Of a stretch of DNA of 64,000 nucleotides, positions 22,907-33,034 are shown in pieces (position 1 is the stretch's first letter; the number at the start of each line of letters is the position of its first letter). Source of the stretch: an uncultured Legionellales bacterium (GTDB taxonomy: Bacteria; Pseudomonadota; Gammaproteobacteria; Eutrophobiales; Eutrophobiaceae). The position numbers and the translations under genes were made by a program. The stretch lies in NCBI GenBank assembly GCA_913046215.1, contig CAJWRJ010000001.1, forward strand, positions 72,897 to 136,896, read 5' to 3'. Under the pieces are notes generated by a model. That model was given only the letters and a program-made list of their open reading frames with translations. It was not told the DNA's origin and did not search any database.

Positions 22907-24481
22907 ATGACAGACATTCATTCCGAAAGAATACTAATTCTTGATTTTGGTTCTCAATATACTCAATTGATAGCAAGACGTGTTCGCGAAGCGGGTGTCT
23001 ACAGTGAGATTCATTCCTACGAGATTGATGATCAAAAAATAAAAGATTTTAAACCCAGTGCAATCATTCTCTCAGGCGGCCCAGAATCGGTTACCTCTCT
23101 CAATGGCTTTCGTGCACCTAAACTAGTCTTTGATATCGACGTACCTGTTTTGGGAATCTGTTATGGCATGCAGACCATGGCTGAGCAGTTGGGTGGAAAA
23201 GTTGCTAACTCTAATTTAAGAGAATTTGGTTACGCGCAGATCAGAGCTCGTGGCCATTCAGATCTGTTGAAAGATATTCAGGATGAGACTAATAGTGAAG
23301 GCCATGGCCTACTAAATGTATGGATGAGTCATGGTGATCAGGTTGAGTCCCTACCCGAGGGTTTTAAATCTATTGCTTCCACTGACAATACATCAATTGC
23401 CGCAATGGCGGATGAGACTCGTAAATTTTATGGCTTGCAATTCCATCCTGAAGTTACCCACACCACACAAGGCTCCAAAATATTAGAACGCTTTATACAT
23501 CAAATTGCTGGCTGCCAATCGTTATGGACAACTGAGAAGATTATCGAGAGGTCTATTGCACAAGTAAAAAAACAAGTAGGAAACGACAGAGTACTCTTGG
23601 CCTTGTCGGGTGGCGTTGATTCATCTGTTGTTGCTGCACTACTACACAAAGCAATTGGCAAGCAATTGACTTGTGTATTTGTTGACAATGGATTACTGAG
23701 ACTGAATGAAGCCGATCAGGTGATGGAAACCTTTGCCAAACACATGGGAATACACGTTATTCGTGTTGATGCTGAGGCACGTTTTTTGAAAGCACTAAAA
23801 GGAATTAGTGACCCTGAGAAGAAACGTAAAGTTATTGGTGTTGAGTTCATCAAAGTTTTTGAAGAGCAGGCAAAAAGTCTTGAGGGTATAAATTGGTTAG
23901 CACAAGGTACTATTTATCCGGACGTCATTGAATCAGCGGGTGCCGAAACCGGTAAGGCGCACGTGATTAAATCACATCATAATGTTGGTGGATTACCCGA
24001 CACTATGAAAATGGAGTTAGTTGAGCCACTGCGTGAATTATTTAAAGATGAGGTCCGAAAAATAGGTATAGAACTTGGTTTACCCAAATCACTTGTCTGT
24101 CGCCATCCTTTTCCGGGCCCAGGCTTGGGCGTTAGAATTTTAGGCGAAGTTAAAAAAGATTATGCCGATTTATTACGTCTTGCAGATAACATCTATATTG
24201 AGGAACTCAGAGCACATGATTTATATGATGATGTGAGTCAGGCCTTTTCGGTCTTCTTACCGGTTCGTTCAGTTGGCGTAATGGGCGATACTCGAAAATA
24301 TGATTATGTTATTGCACTTCGTGCCGTTCAGACTATTGATTTTATGACAGCACACTGGGCACACTTACCCTATCAGTTTCTAGAAAAAGTTTCTAATCGC
24401 ATTATTAATGAGGTGGAAGGAATATCTAGGGTAACTTATGATATTTCAGGTAAACCACCAGCAACGATTGAGTGGGAGTAA
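22907..24481 (+). CDS. guaA: GMP synthase (glutamine-hydrolysing)
   Basis: 524 aa with a GATase domain (GICYGMQ), the PP-loop SGGVDSSV and a C-terminal dimerisation domain. Confidence 0.96.
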   Translation: MTDIHSERILILDFGSQYTQLIARRVREAGVYSEIHSYEIDDQKIKDFKPSAIILSGGPESVTSLNGFRAPKLVFDIDVPVLGICYGMQTMAEQLGGKVANSNLREFGYAQIRARGHSDLLKDIQDETNSEGHGLLNVWMSHGDQVESLPEGFKSIASTDNTSIAAMADETRKFYGLQFHPEVTHTTQGSKILERFIHQIAGCQSLWTTEKIIERSIAQVKKQVGNDRVLLALSGGVDSSVVAALLHKAIGKQLTCVFVDNGLLRLNEADQVMETFAKHMGIHVIRVDAEARFLKALKGISDPEKKRKVIGVEFIKVFEEQAKSLEGINWLAQGTIYPDVIESAGAETGKAHVIKSHHNVGGLPDTMKMELVEPLRELFKDEVRKIGIELGLPKSLVCRHPFPGPGLGVRILGEVKKDYADLLRLADNIYIEELRAHDLYDDVSQAFSVFLPVRSVGVMGDTRKYDYVIALRAVQTIDFMTAHWAHLPYQFLEKVSNRIINEVEGISRVTYDISGKPPATIEWE

Positions 24482-24488
24482 CACAAAA

Positions 24489-24719
24489 TTATCTATTATC
24501 TAAACGGTCGAGTACAGCATATATCGTTTTATATATCACATAGTATATAAAGAAAAAATTTATAATTGGAATAATAGACAATAATACCCATAAAAATTTA
24601 TTTGTACCCAAACGCATAGCCAGGAAATAATTACCAATTGCAAATAATATTCCGAAGAAACCCCAAAATATAAAAATCGGCAATATACCAGCAACCAACA
24701 TTGCTTCATCTGCACTCAT
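24489..24719 (-). CDS. small membrane protein (2 TM), hypothetical
   Basis: 76 aa. Two hydrophobic helices; no recognisable motif. Confidence 0.3.
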   Translation of the reverse strand: MSADEAMLVAGILPIFIFWGFFGILFAIGNYFLAMRLGTNKFLWVLLSIIPIINFFFIYYVIYKTIYAVLDRLDNR

Positions 24720-24805
24720 ATACTTCCTCCCCGATAAGTTATTGCGTATTATTCTACATATAGACTGCTAAAAAAAATAGGCGAAGAATCGATTTCATTA
24801 ATAAA

Positions 24806-25267
24806 ATGATTACTGATGAAGAATGGATGCAGCAAGCTTTCCAGTTAGCAAAGAAATCTGAGGGGCAGGGTGAGGTGCCAGTAGGCGCAATTATTGTGTA
24901 TCAAAATGAGATTATTGGTAAAGGATGGAACCAACCTATCTTGTTACATGATCCGACAGCACATGCCGAGATAATTGCGCTTAGAGAAGCAGGAAGGAAG
25001 ATGCATAATTACCGTCTTTTAGGGTCTACCATGTATGTCACACTCGAACCTTGTGCAATGTGCGCTGGGGCTATAGTTCAGGCTCGTATTTCTAGACTTG
25101 TATACGCCGTTGAAGATAAAAAAACGGGCGCATGTGGTAGTGTATTTAATATAGTCCAGACAGAGGAACTCAATCATAGTGTTGAAATAACAAAGGGTAT
25201 TCTAGAGAGAGAATGTCAAACACTAATCAAAAATTTTTTTAAAGAGAAAAGATTAAAGAAATTATGA
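24806..25267 (+). CDS. tadA: tRNA adenosine(34) deaminase
   Basis: 153 aa with the zinc motifs HAEIIALRE and TLEPCAMCAGA. Confidence 0.92.
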   Translation: MITDEEWMQQAFQLAKKSEGQGEVPVGAIIVYQNEIIGKGWNQPILLHDPTAHAEIIALREAGRKMHNYRLLGSTMYVTLEPCAMCAGAIVQARISRLVYAVEDKKTGACGSVFNIVQTEELNHSVEITKGILERECQTLIKNFFKEKRLKKL

Positions 25268-25761
25268 CAAGCCCAATCGAAATTTTAGTTAGTCAACTAG
25301 CTGAACGTTTTATAAAAACTTCTATGAAACTGGTTGTTGCTGAGTCATGCACTGGAGGCGGATTAGGAGAGAATCTTACCCGCTTCCCAGGAAGTTCATC
25401 TTGGTTTGATTCTGGTTTTATTGCCTATTCAAATCAATCAAAACAGGATTTATTATCTGTATCCAGTAAAACAATAGACGAGTTTGGTGCGGTCAGTGAG
25501 GAGGTCGCACTGGAGATGGCAAGAGGTGCGCTTGAAAAAAGTACAGCAGACTATAGTGTTTCAATTACAGGTATCGCGGGACCTGATGGCGGAACTGATG
25601 ACAAACCAGTAGGTACGGTTTGTATTGCTTGGTACGAGAAAAGTATGGGTGGAAATACCACACGTATTAATTTTAGTGGAGATAGAATCAGGATCAGAGA
25701 TCAAGCCTGTATGCTAGCTATGCAGGGGTTACTTGATATTTTACAGAAAGCATCAGATTAG
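25264..25761 (+). CDS. pncC: CinA C-terminal domain protein / NMN amidohydrolase
   Basis: 165 aa with VVAESCTGGGLGENLT...SITGIAGPDGG. Overlaps tadA by 4 nt. Confidence 0.85.
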   Translation: MTSPIEILVSQLAERFIKTSMKLVVAESCTGGGLGENLTRFPGSSSWFDSGFIAYSNQSKQDLLSVSSKTIDEFGAVSEEVALEMARGALEKSTADYSVSITGIAGPDGGTDDKPVGTVCIAWYEKSMGGNTTRINFSGDRIRIRDQACMLAMQGLLDILQKASD

Positions 25762-26030
25762 TTTTTTTTCTTTCCCCAGCGCCATTTGACGCCTCCCTTA
25801 ACTCTATCCTTAACCAAAATAAAATAAACTATGTGAATAATTGTAAAATCGATAATAAAACGTAACCAATCTTTAATTGCCTGATCTGTCGTTTTGTATT
25901 CAAAGGGATCACTCAAATAGAATGCAGCACAAATCAGTGCAAGCGCAGTAAGAATGATTACCCATCCTTGCCAAGATGATGGATAAAAGCCGCTACCAAA
26001 ATTTTTAGGCGTAAACCAAAACTCTTTCAT
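25758..26030 (-). CDS. small membrane protein, hypothetical
   Basis: 90 aa with two TM helices and a basic C-terminus. Confidence 0.35.
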   Translation of the reverse strand: MKEFWFTPKNFGSGFYPSSWQGWVIILTALALICAAFYLSDPFEYKTTDQAIKDWLRFIIDFTIIHIVYFILVKDRVKGGVKWRWGKKKN

Positions 26031-26063
26031 TTCTTTTTCTCTCCTAATTGTCCAAATAATAAT

Positions 26064-26960
26064 CTAATCAAAAGCCCAGCTCGCAAAAGGCTCAATCTCC
26101 CCTCTGTTAACCACTATAAGTTGATATTTATTTGGGTTTAGTGAATGGTCAGCAGTTGTATCAACGGAGAGTTGTTGTAGTAGATAGCCAATTAATGAGC
26201 GTCTTACCTTAATATTAATTAAATTCTTACTATTACTACTATAATCAATAAGTAAACTTTTTTGTTTTTCTTTGTCAAGTTTTGGATGGGGTGCGAGTTC
26301 TAATGATATAATCTCTACCCAGTCATCATCATAGAGTTCATTTGATTCCGCTGCATCATTGAGACATTTTGCATTTGCAAAACGAGATAGCACAAAATCT
26401 CTAAAATCAAATGTTTCTTCAGAGTAGGCGCGTACGTGCCAACGAAAACCAGTGTTAACAAGTGAATGAGGCTCAATAATTCTTTTTGATGGTTGTTCTT
26501 TTTCAGTGAGTGAATGATAACTTACCTTTAACTTTCTTTTGTTACATATCGACCGCGTAATTTGTGAAAGCACATTCTTTTTAGGTAGTCGACTTGGGAG
26601 TGTTAATGAAAAAGCAGGTATACCAAAGATAGAGTCATTCATATTTTGCGAATTTGAAATTATAAAATTAGATTCAAATATTGGCAGGGCTGAGGCCGGA
26701 GATAAGTCGGCGACGACCTCCTCGAATGAATCACTCGGCACAAAGCCAAACACGCTGTGCTTGTAGATAAGATTATCAGGTGCTAGCTCACTGTATAATT
26801 TCAAATCTTTGGTAGCAGCTGCATCAGAGATTGCAAACGCTCTTGCCACATCACTACGCGTGATCAATCCCGCGTAAAAGGCCATCAGTTCAATATACTG
26901 GAGACGTTGCAGAGTTACCCACTTGATTTCATCTATCGCTGTTCTTCGTTTTGTCATCAT
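26064..26960 (-). CDS. HTH + WYL-domain transcriptional regulator (PafBC/DriD/BrxR-like architecture)
   Basis: 298 aa. N-terminal helix-turn-helix (LMAFYAGLITRSDVARAFAISDAAATKDL), a central WYL-type segment (KLKVSYHSLTEKEQPSKRIIEPHSLVNTGFRWHVRAYSEETFDFRDFVLSRF) and a C-terminal extension. Transcribed divergently from recA. Confidence 0.6.
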   Translation of the reverse strand: MMTKRRTAIDEIKWVTLQRLQYIELMAFYAGLITRSDVARAFAISDAAATKDLKLYSELAPDNLIYKHSVFGFVPSDSFEEVVADLSPASALPIFESNFIISNSQNMNDSIFGIPAFSLTLPSRLPKKNVLSQITRSICNKRKLKVSYHSLTEKEQPSKRIIEPHSLVNTGFRWHVRAYSEETFDFRDFVLSRFANAKCLNDAAESNELYDDDWVEIISLELAPHPKLDKEKQKSLLIDYSSNSKNLINIKVRRSLIGYLLQQLSVDTTADHSLNPNKYQLIVVNRGEIEPFASWAFD

Positions 26961-27054
26961 TCAATCCCCGGAAACACATAGAATTATACAAAAATTCCCA
27001 TAAAACATAGTAAAATATACGATATGGTAAAAAATATAAAGGTCATAAAAAGTA

Positions 27055-27083
27055 TTGACATCTAAAAAAGTATAGCTTATAGT
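27055..27083 (+). promoter_or_regulatory. sigma70-like promoter for recA (TTGACA-17-TATAGT)
   Basis: TTGACA at 27055-27060, a 17-bp spacer and TATAGT at 27078-27083, about 50 bp upstream of the recA ATG. No CTGT-N8-ACAG LexA box is visible nearby. Confidence 0.45.
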
Positions 27084-27130
27084 CGATTTATTATTAACAG
27101 TTTTATTGCTTAAAAGCGGGGAGAATTAAG

Positions 27131-28183
27131 ATGGCAGCAGAATCAGGAGATGACAAAAAAAAGGCTCTCACGATGGCATTAAGCCAAATTGAGAAGCAAT
27201 TCGGCAAGGGTTCAGTAATGAAAATGGGCGACCAACCAATCACCAAAATTGCATCGGTGAGTACCGGCTCCCTAGGCCTTGATATTGCCTTGGGTGCTGG
27301 TGGGTTACCTTATGGACGTGTTGTCGAAGTTTATGGTCCGGAGTCATCAGGTAAGACTACATTAACCTTATCAGCAATTGCCGAAGCACAGCAACAAGGA
27401 AAGACCTGTGCATTTATTGATGCGGAGCATGCACTGGATCCAGTTTATGCGGAGAAGCTCGGTGTTAACATTGACGATCTCTTGGTGTCACAGCCAGATA
27501 CAGGTGAGCAGGCGCTTGAGATTTGTGACATGTTAGTCAGAAGCGGTGCGGTTGAATTAGTGGTGATTGATTCTGTTGCGGCACTTGTACCTCGGGCAGA
27601 AATAGAGGGTGAAATGGGAGATTCGCATATGGGTCTTGCAGCACGTTTGATGTCCCAAGCTTTAAGAAAACTAACTGGAAATATTAAACGTGCAAATTGC
27701 TGTGTGATTTTTATTAACCAGATTCGTATGAAGATAGGTGTGATGTTCGGCAACCCTGAAACAACAACAGGCGGTAATGCATTGAAGTTTTATTCGTCAG
27801 TTCGTTTAGATATCCGCAGAATTGGGGCAATCAAGAAAGGCGAAGAGGTGGTGGGGAATGAGACCCGAGTTAAAGTAGTTAAGAATAAGATCGCGCCGCC
27901 ATTTAAACAGGCTGAATTTGGCATTTTATATAACGAAGGTATTTCTCGCGAGGGAGAGATAGTAGACCTAGGAGTAAAAGAAGGATTGATAGACAAATCC
28001 GGTGCTTGGTATAGCTATAAAGATGACCGAATTGGTCAAGGCAAAGATAATGTCCGGGTCTTCTTAAAAGAAAACCCTGAAATTGCGAGTGAAATAGAAG
28101 AACAGATACGAGCCAAATTATTACCATCTGTTCCTGTAGAGGATATTGCCGAGGAACCTGTTAAAGAAGAGGTGGAGGTCTGA
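27131..28183 (+). CDS. recA: recombinase RecA
   Basis: 350 aa with Walker A (GPESSGKTT) and near-identity to proteobacterial RecA throughout. Confidence 0.98.
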   Translation: MAAESGDDKKKALTMALSQIEKQFGKGSVMKMGDQPITKIASVSTGSLGLDIALGAGGLPYGRVVEVYGPESSGKTTLTLSAIAEAQQQGKTCAFIDAEHALDPVYAEKLGVNIDDLLVSQPDTGEQALEICDMLVRSGAVELVVIDSVAALVPRAEIEGEMGDSHMGLAARLMSQALRKLTGNIKRANCCVIFINQIRMKIGVMFGNPETTTGGNALKFYSSVRLDIRRIGAIKKGEEVVGNETRVKVVKNKIAPPFKQAEFGILYNEGISREGEIVDLGVKEGLIDKSGAWYSYKDDRIGQGKDNVRVFLKENPEIASEIEEQIRAKLLPSVPVEDIAEEPVKEEVEV

Positions 28184-28620
28184 GCACAGAACGTCAACAA
28201 GTTTTACAGCGTGCCTGTGATTTCTTAGCTAGAAGGGAGCATGCTCGGGATGAATTATCGAATAAACTTGCCCGAGCATGCGATGATCAGGCGCTTATTG
28301 AGGAGCTTCTGGACAAACTATCAAGCGAGGGCCTGCAAAGCGATAAACGATTTGCCGAGAGCTTTGTTAATCATCGGATTAATAGCGGAAAAGGCCCACT
28401 TAAAATTCAGCTGGAATTACACCAACGCGGAATTGATAAGTCTCTGATACGGCAGTATCTCGAATCTGATTCCATAAACTGGCTTTCACACGCTGAAACG
28501 GCCAGAGTTAAAAGGTTTGGCGAAAAACCTCCAATTAACTCTACCGACAGGTTAAAACAATCAAAATTCTTACTTAACAGGGGTTTTAGCAGTCAACTAA
28601 TCACCGAACTTTTGTCATAA
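28180..28620 (+). CDS. recX: recombination regulator RecX (start codon non-canonical or unresolved)
   Basis: Frame-1 ORF open from 28165 to the TAA at 28618-28620. It translates ...[32 protein letters not shown]...[25 protein letters not shown]...[22 protein letters not shown], aligning with the RecX three-repeat fold. There is no in-frame ATG/GTG/TTG; a CTG at 28180 overlaps the recA TGA. The gene is absent from the ORF track. Confidence 0.65.
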   Translation: MSTERQQVLQRACDFLARREHARDELSNKLARACDDQALIEELLDKLSSEGLQSDKRFAESFVNHRINSGKGPLKIQLELHQRGIDKSLIRQYLESDSINWLSHAETARVKRFGEKPPINSTDRLKQSKFLLNRGFSSQLITELLS

Positions 28621-28630
28621 TTAGGTATTC

Positions 28631-31237
28631 ATGAAAACTAGTAATGACATACGCCAGTCTTTTTTGGAGTTTTTCAAATCAAAAGACCACGAAATTATAT
28701 CGAGTAGCTCACTAGTTCCCTCGAACGATCCGACCTTGTTGTTTACAAATGCGGGCATGGTTCAGTTTAAAGATGTATTCCTAGGGCGTGAAAGTTTGCC
28801 ATATAAACGTGCTGCGTCATCCCAGCGGTGTGTCCGTGCAGGCGGAAAACATAACGATCTAGAGAATGTTGGTTATACCGCGAGGCACCACACATTTTTT
28901 GAAATGCTCGGAAATTTCAGTTTTGGCGATTACTTTAAGAAGGAAGCAATTTCATATGCATGGGTGTATTTGACCGATGTATTAAAAATTCCAGAATCCA
29001 AACTCTGGGTAACAGTTTTTGAGGATGATGATGATGCTGCTAATATTTGGTTAAAAGAAATTGGTATCTCATCTAAGCAGTTTAGTCGTTGCGGAGAAAA
29101 AGATAATTTTTGGTCAGTAGGCGACACCGGTCCATGTGGTCCTTGTAGTGAAATTTTTTATGATCATGGTAAAGAGATACCCGGCGGACCACCTGGCTCA
29201 AAAGATGCCGAACTGGACCGCTATGTTGAAATATGGAATTTAGTATTTACTCAATACAATCGTAATTCTGATGGCTCATTAACACCAATTCCTCACCCTT
29301 CAGTTGATACCGGAATGGGTCTTGAAAGAATTACTGCCGTTATGCAAGGGGTGCACAATAATTTTGAGATTGAGTTATTCAAAAAAATCATCAGTAAGAT
29401 TCATAGTTTTTGCAATACCAAGCAGATTGATATCGTATCAAGTCGTGTTGTGGCAGATCATATTCGTTCTTGTTCCTTTTTGTTAGCGGATGGCGTTATT
29501 CCATCTAATGAGGGTCGTGGTTATGTTTTAAGACGAATAATTCGAAGAGCAATTCGTCATGGTAATAAATTAGGATTGAAGGAACCATTCTTTTACAAAT
29601 TAGTTGAGGTGCTTGAGAATCAAATGGCGCAAGCCTATCCCGAGCTATCAAAATCAAAAACGAATATTGAGAGTGTCTTACTTAATGAAGAAGAGCGTTT
29701 TGCCGAAACGCTCGATCAGGGGTTGAAAATTCTGGATGATATTATTGCAAAGATAAAAGGCGATGAAATTCAAGGTGAAGATGTTTTTCGTTTATATGAT
29801 ACATACGGTTTCCCGGTTGATCTGACCGCAGATATAGCTCGTGAAAAAAACCTTAAGGTTGATATGAAAGGTTTTAATAAAGCGATGGCTGGGCAACGAC
29901 AACGCGCACGTGCAGCAAGTAAATTTGATGCTGATGTTGCGGTTAATACCGATACTAATTTAGTTAGTGCATTTACAGGTTATGAGAGATTTGAACAAAA
30001 AACATCAATAATTGGTCTCTATCAAGATGGTAGAAATGTAAAATCATTAAATGAAGGCGATATTGGCGGAGTTATTTTGCTAGAGACACCATTTTATGCG
30101 CAATCCGGAGGACAAGTTGGCGACAGAGGAGAGTTATTTGCAGGCGATGTTTTCTTTGAAGTTGAGGATACAAAAAAACAAGGACAATCTCATATTCATT
30201 TAGGTGTGTTACGAACCGGAACTCTCAAGGTAGGCGATGTTGTGCGTGCTGTTGTTGATCAAAAGAGACGACACGATATAGCGCGTAATCATTCTGCCAC
30301 GCATTTACTGCATGCCGCATTACGAAAAATTTTAGGAGCACATGTTCTTCAGAAGGGGTCGTTAGTTGAGAGTAATCGATTAAGATTTGATTTCTCACAT
30401 AATGATGCGCTTGATACTAACCAGATTAAAGAAATACAGAGATTAGTAAACACAAAGATATTAGATAATGACGAAACTCAAGTTCAAGTCATGCCGCTTG
30501 AAAAAGCAAAATCATCTGGAGCTATATCGTTATTTGGTGAAAAGTATGAGGATGTTGTGCGTGTTTTGAATATTGGCGGTGAGTTTTCATGTGAGTTATG
30601 TGGCGGGACGCACGTCGAACGTACGGGCGATATTGGCGCATTTAAAATCACTTCAGAATCAGGCATTGCATCTGGAGTAAGGCGCATTGAAGCAACCACA
30701 GGCATAGGCGCACTCGATTGGATTGAGAGTACCGAAGATAAGTTGCAGCGAATAGCAAAACTTTTGAAATCGGATACAGAAACCGTTGATTCCAAACTAA
30801 CCGCACAACTTGAAAAAAATCGTAAACTTGAAAAGGAACTACTAGATCTTAAAAGCAAGCTAACGAGTTCAGCGGGTTCAGATTTAATTCAAAATGCTGA
30901 AGTTATAGATGGTATAAGTATTATTGCGAGATCCCTTGATAATACCGATCCAAAAAATCTTCGTGATGCTGTTGACCAACTAAAAAATAAATTAGGGACA
31001 GCTGTTTTGGTTCTAGCGACAGTCAATGATTCTAAGGTTAGTTTGGTTGCAGGAGTAACCAATGATACAACAAGTCGAATTAAGGCCGGTGAACTGGCAA
31101 ATTTTGTCGCCGAGCAGGTTGGTGGTAAAGGGGGAGGTCGCCCTGATATGGCTCAGGCGGGAGGAGATAATCCAAAGGAGCTTGAAAGTGCTCTAGCAAA
31201 AGTTCCGCAATGGGTTCGTGATCAGCTAGAAAGTTAA
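28631..31237 (+). CDS. alaS: alanine--tRNA ligase
   Basis: 868 aa with class-II motifs (FTNAGMVQFK), the editing domain HSATHLLHAALRKILG and a C-terminal DHHA1 domain. Confidence 0.97.
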   Translation: MKTSNDIRQSFLEFFKSKDHEIISSSSLVPSNDPTLLFTNAGMVQFKDVFLGRESLPYKRAASSQRCVRAGGKHNDLENVGYTARHHTFFEMLGNFSFGDYFKKEAISYAWVYLTDVLKIPESKLWVTVFEDDDDAANIWLKEIGISSKQFSRCGEKDNFWSVGDTGPCGPCSEIFYDHGKEIPGGPPGSKDAELDRYVEIWNLVFTQYNRNSDGSLTPIPHPSVDTGMGLERITAVMQGVHNNFEIELFKKIISKIHSFCNTKQIDIVSSRVVADHIRSCSFLLADGVIPSNEGRGYVLRRIIRRAIRHGNKLGLKEPFFYKLVEVLENQMAQAYPELSKSKTNIESVLLNEEERFAETLDQGLKILDDIIAKIKGDEIQGEDVFRLYDTYGFPVDLTADIAREKNLKVDMKGFNKAMAGQRQRARAASKFDADVAVNTDTNLVSAFTGYERFEQKTSIIGLYQDGRNVKSLNEGDIGGVILLETPFYAQSGGQVGDRGELFAGDVFFEVEDTKKQGQSHIHLGVLRTGTLKVGDVVRAVVDQKRRHDIARNHSATHLLHAALRKILGAHVLQKGSLVESNRLRFDFSHNDALDTNQIKEIQRLVNTKILDNDETQVQVMPLEKAKSSGAISLFGEKYEDVVRVLNIGGEFSCELCGGTHVERTGDIGAFKITSESGIASGVRRIEATTGIGALDWIESTEDKLQRIAKLLKSDTETVDSKLTAQLEKNRKLEKELLDLKSKLTSSAGSDLIQNAEVIDGISIIARSLDNTDPKNLRDAVDQLKNKLGTAVLVLATVNDSKVSLVAGVTNDTTSRIKAGELANFVAEQVGGKGGGRPDMAQAGGDNPKELESALAKVPQWVRDQLES

Positions 31238-31300
31238 ATTGTTTATATCCAATATCTTTTAGTTAAGCTAGAATCGCACGCTTTTTAACATAGAAAAATA

Positions 31301-32518
31301 ATGGCACTTATAGTACAAAAATATGGCGGCACTTCTGTTGGCACTGTCGAGAAAATTCAACTTGTCGCGGAAAAAATAATTGAGACCAAGAAAGAAGGTC
31401 ATCAAGTTGTAGTGGTTGTTTCAGCAATGAGTGGAGAGACTAATCGCCTGCTAGCTCTTGCTAAAAATATCTCATCATCTCCAGATAACAGAGAACTCGA
31501 TGTGCTTTTATCAACCGGAGAGCAAGTTACCATCGCATTATTAAGTATGGCGCTTAAAGAAAAAGGTTTTGATGCGATTTCCTATACAGGCGGTCAGATT
31601 TCAATTCAAACAGATAGCGCACATAGTAAAGCCAGGATTAATAATATTGAGGTGGGACGGGTTCAAAGAGAGCTGGAGGATGGAAGAATAGTTGTCATAG
31701 CAGGATTTCAGGGAGTTGATGAGCACGGAAATATTACAACATTAGGGCGAGGAGGCTCTGACACAACAGCTGTTGCTATGGCTACTGCTTTGAGTGCACA
31801 AGAGTGCAGAATTTATACAGATGTTAATGGCGTTTATACTGCAGATCCAAGGATCGTAGATGATGCAAAAAAATTATCATCAATTACTTATGAAGAAATG
31901 CTTGAAATGGCAAGTCTCGGTTCAAAAGTCTTGCAAACTCGTGCTGTTGAATTTGCTGGAAAATATAATATTAATTTGCGCGTACTATCAAGTTTTGAAG
32001 AGGGTTCAGGAACATTAATAACTAATGAGGAAGAAATAATGGAAGCGGCCTTAATATCTGGAATTGCACATAATACTGATGAAGCAAAATTAACCGTTAT
32101 CGGTGTGCCTGATAAACCTGGCGTTGCATCTTTGATTCTCACACCAATAGCAGAAGCAAATATTGAAGTCGATATGATAGTTCAAAATGTTGGTGTAAAT
32201 AACAGCACAGATTTTACCTTTACTGTTCATCGAAATGATTATGATAAAGCAATGTCAATCTTGAAGAGGACTGCAAAGGAGATAAATGCAGCAGATGTAA
32301 TAGGCGATGATAAAATTGTAAAAATCTCCGTCGTAGGTGTTGGTATGCGATCACATGCAGGTGTTGCACGCACTATATTCAAAGTATTAGCGGATGAAAA
32401 AATAAATATTCAGATGATTTCAACCTCCGAAATTAAGGTTTCTGTTGTTGTCGATGAAAAGCATTTGGAATCAGGAGTCCGTACTTTACACATGGCATTT
32501 GGTTTAGGAAAAGTGTAA
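31301..32518 (+). CDS. lysC: aspartate kinase (monofunctional, ACT-domain)
   Basis: 405 aa with KYGGTSVG...VVVVSAMSGETNRL and two C-terminal ACT domains. Confidence 0.92.
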   Translation: MALIVQKYGGTSVGTVEKIQLVAEKIIETKKEGHQVVVVVSAMSGETNRLLALAKNISSSPDNRELDVLLSTGEQVTIALLSMALKEKGFDAISYTGGQISIQTDSAHSKARINNIEVGRVQRELEDGRIVVIAGFQGVDEHGNITTLGRGGSDTTAVAMATALSAQECRIYTDVNGVYTADPRIVDDAKKLSSITYEEMLEMASLGSKVLQTRAVEFAGKYNINLRVLSSFEEGSGTLITNEEEIMEAALISGIAHNTDEAKLTVIGVPDKPGVASLILTPIAEANIEVDMIVQNVGVNNSTDFTFTVHRNDYDKAMSILKRTAKEINAADVIGDDKIVKISVVGVGMRSHAGVARTIFKVLADEKINIQMISTSEIKVSVVVDEKHLESGVRTLHMAFGLGKV

Positions 32519-32590
32519 TGTAAGAACTCAGTTGTTAGTTTAATTTATTAGGAAATAAAGATATTCAAGGAAACACAAGGAGGATGGGTT

Positions 32591-32791
32591 ATGTTGATAC
32601 TAACACGACGAGAAGGAGAATCGCTGATGATCGGCGATAATGTTGAAGTTACCGTTCTAGGTATTCGTGGCCACCAAGTTCGTATAGGAATAAATGCCCC
32701 CAAAGATGTCTCTGTCCATCGTGAGGAGATTTATGACCGAATTCAAGGTGAGAAATCTGAGGAGACAGTTACACCAGATTTATCAGGATAA
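32591..32791 (+). CDS. csrA: carbon storage regulator CsrA
   Basis: 66 aa, [48 protein letters not shown]. The upstream leader contains GGA repeats (AAGGAAACACAAGGAGGATGGG). Confidence 0.95.
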   Translation: MLILTRREGESLMIGDNVEVTVLGIRGHQVRIGINAPKDVSVHREEIYDRIQGEKSEETVTPDLSG

Positions 32792-32809
32792 ATAGGAGTT
32801 TTCTCTTTT

Positions 32810-32901
32810 GGAGAGGTGGCCGAGTGGCTGAAGGCGCTCCCCTGCTAAGGGAGTATACGGTTTATCCCGTATCGAGGGTTCGAATCCCTCCCTCTCCGCC
32901 A
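32810..32901 (+). tRNA. tRNA-Ser (anticodon GCT)
   Basis: GGAGAGGTGGCCGAGTGGCTGAAGGCGCTCCCCTGCTAAGGGAG...long variable arm...GGTTCGAATCCCTCCCTCTCCGCCA. Cloverleaf with a 7-bp acceptor stem, GCT anticodon and encoded CCA. Confidence 0.9.
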
Positions 32902-33034
32902 AAAAACAGATTCTAAAATCGAGATTCAGCCTCAATTGTCAAGGTTCATTTCAGGACAGCCAATATTTTACACTTAAAAAACTGTCCTAATTATAGGTAT
33001 AATTGACTCATATACTACGAAAGTGCCAATAATA

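Noticed and set aside
28241-28447. 68-aa ORF ([20 protein letters not shown]...) downstream of recA
   Set aside because: It is in the wrong frame relative to the clearly RecX-like frame-1 translation and has no motif. It is an overlapping artefact of the recX region.
32928-32966. Inverted repeat AGGACAG...CTGTCCT just after tRNA-Ser
   Set aside because: A 7-bp stem with a 22-nt loop and no following T-tract. It is not convincing as a terminator or an att-site remnant.
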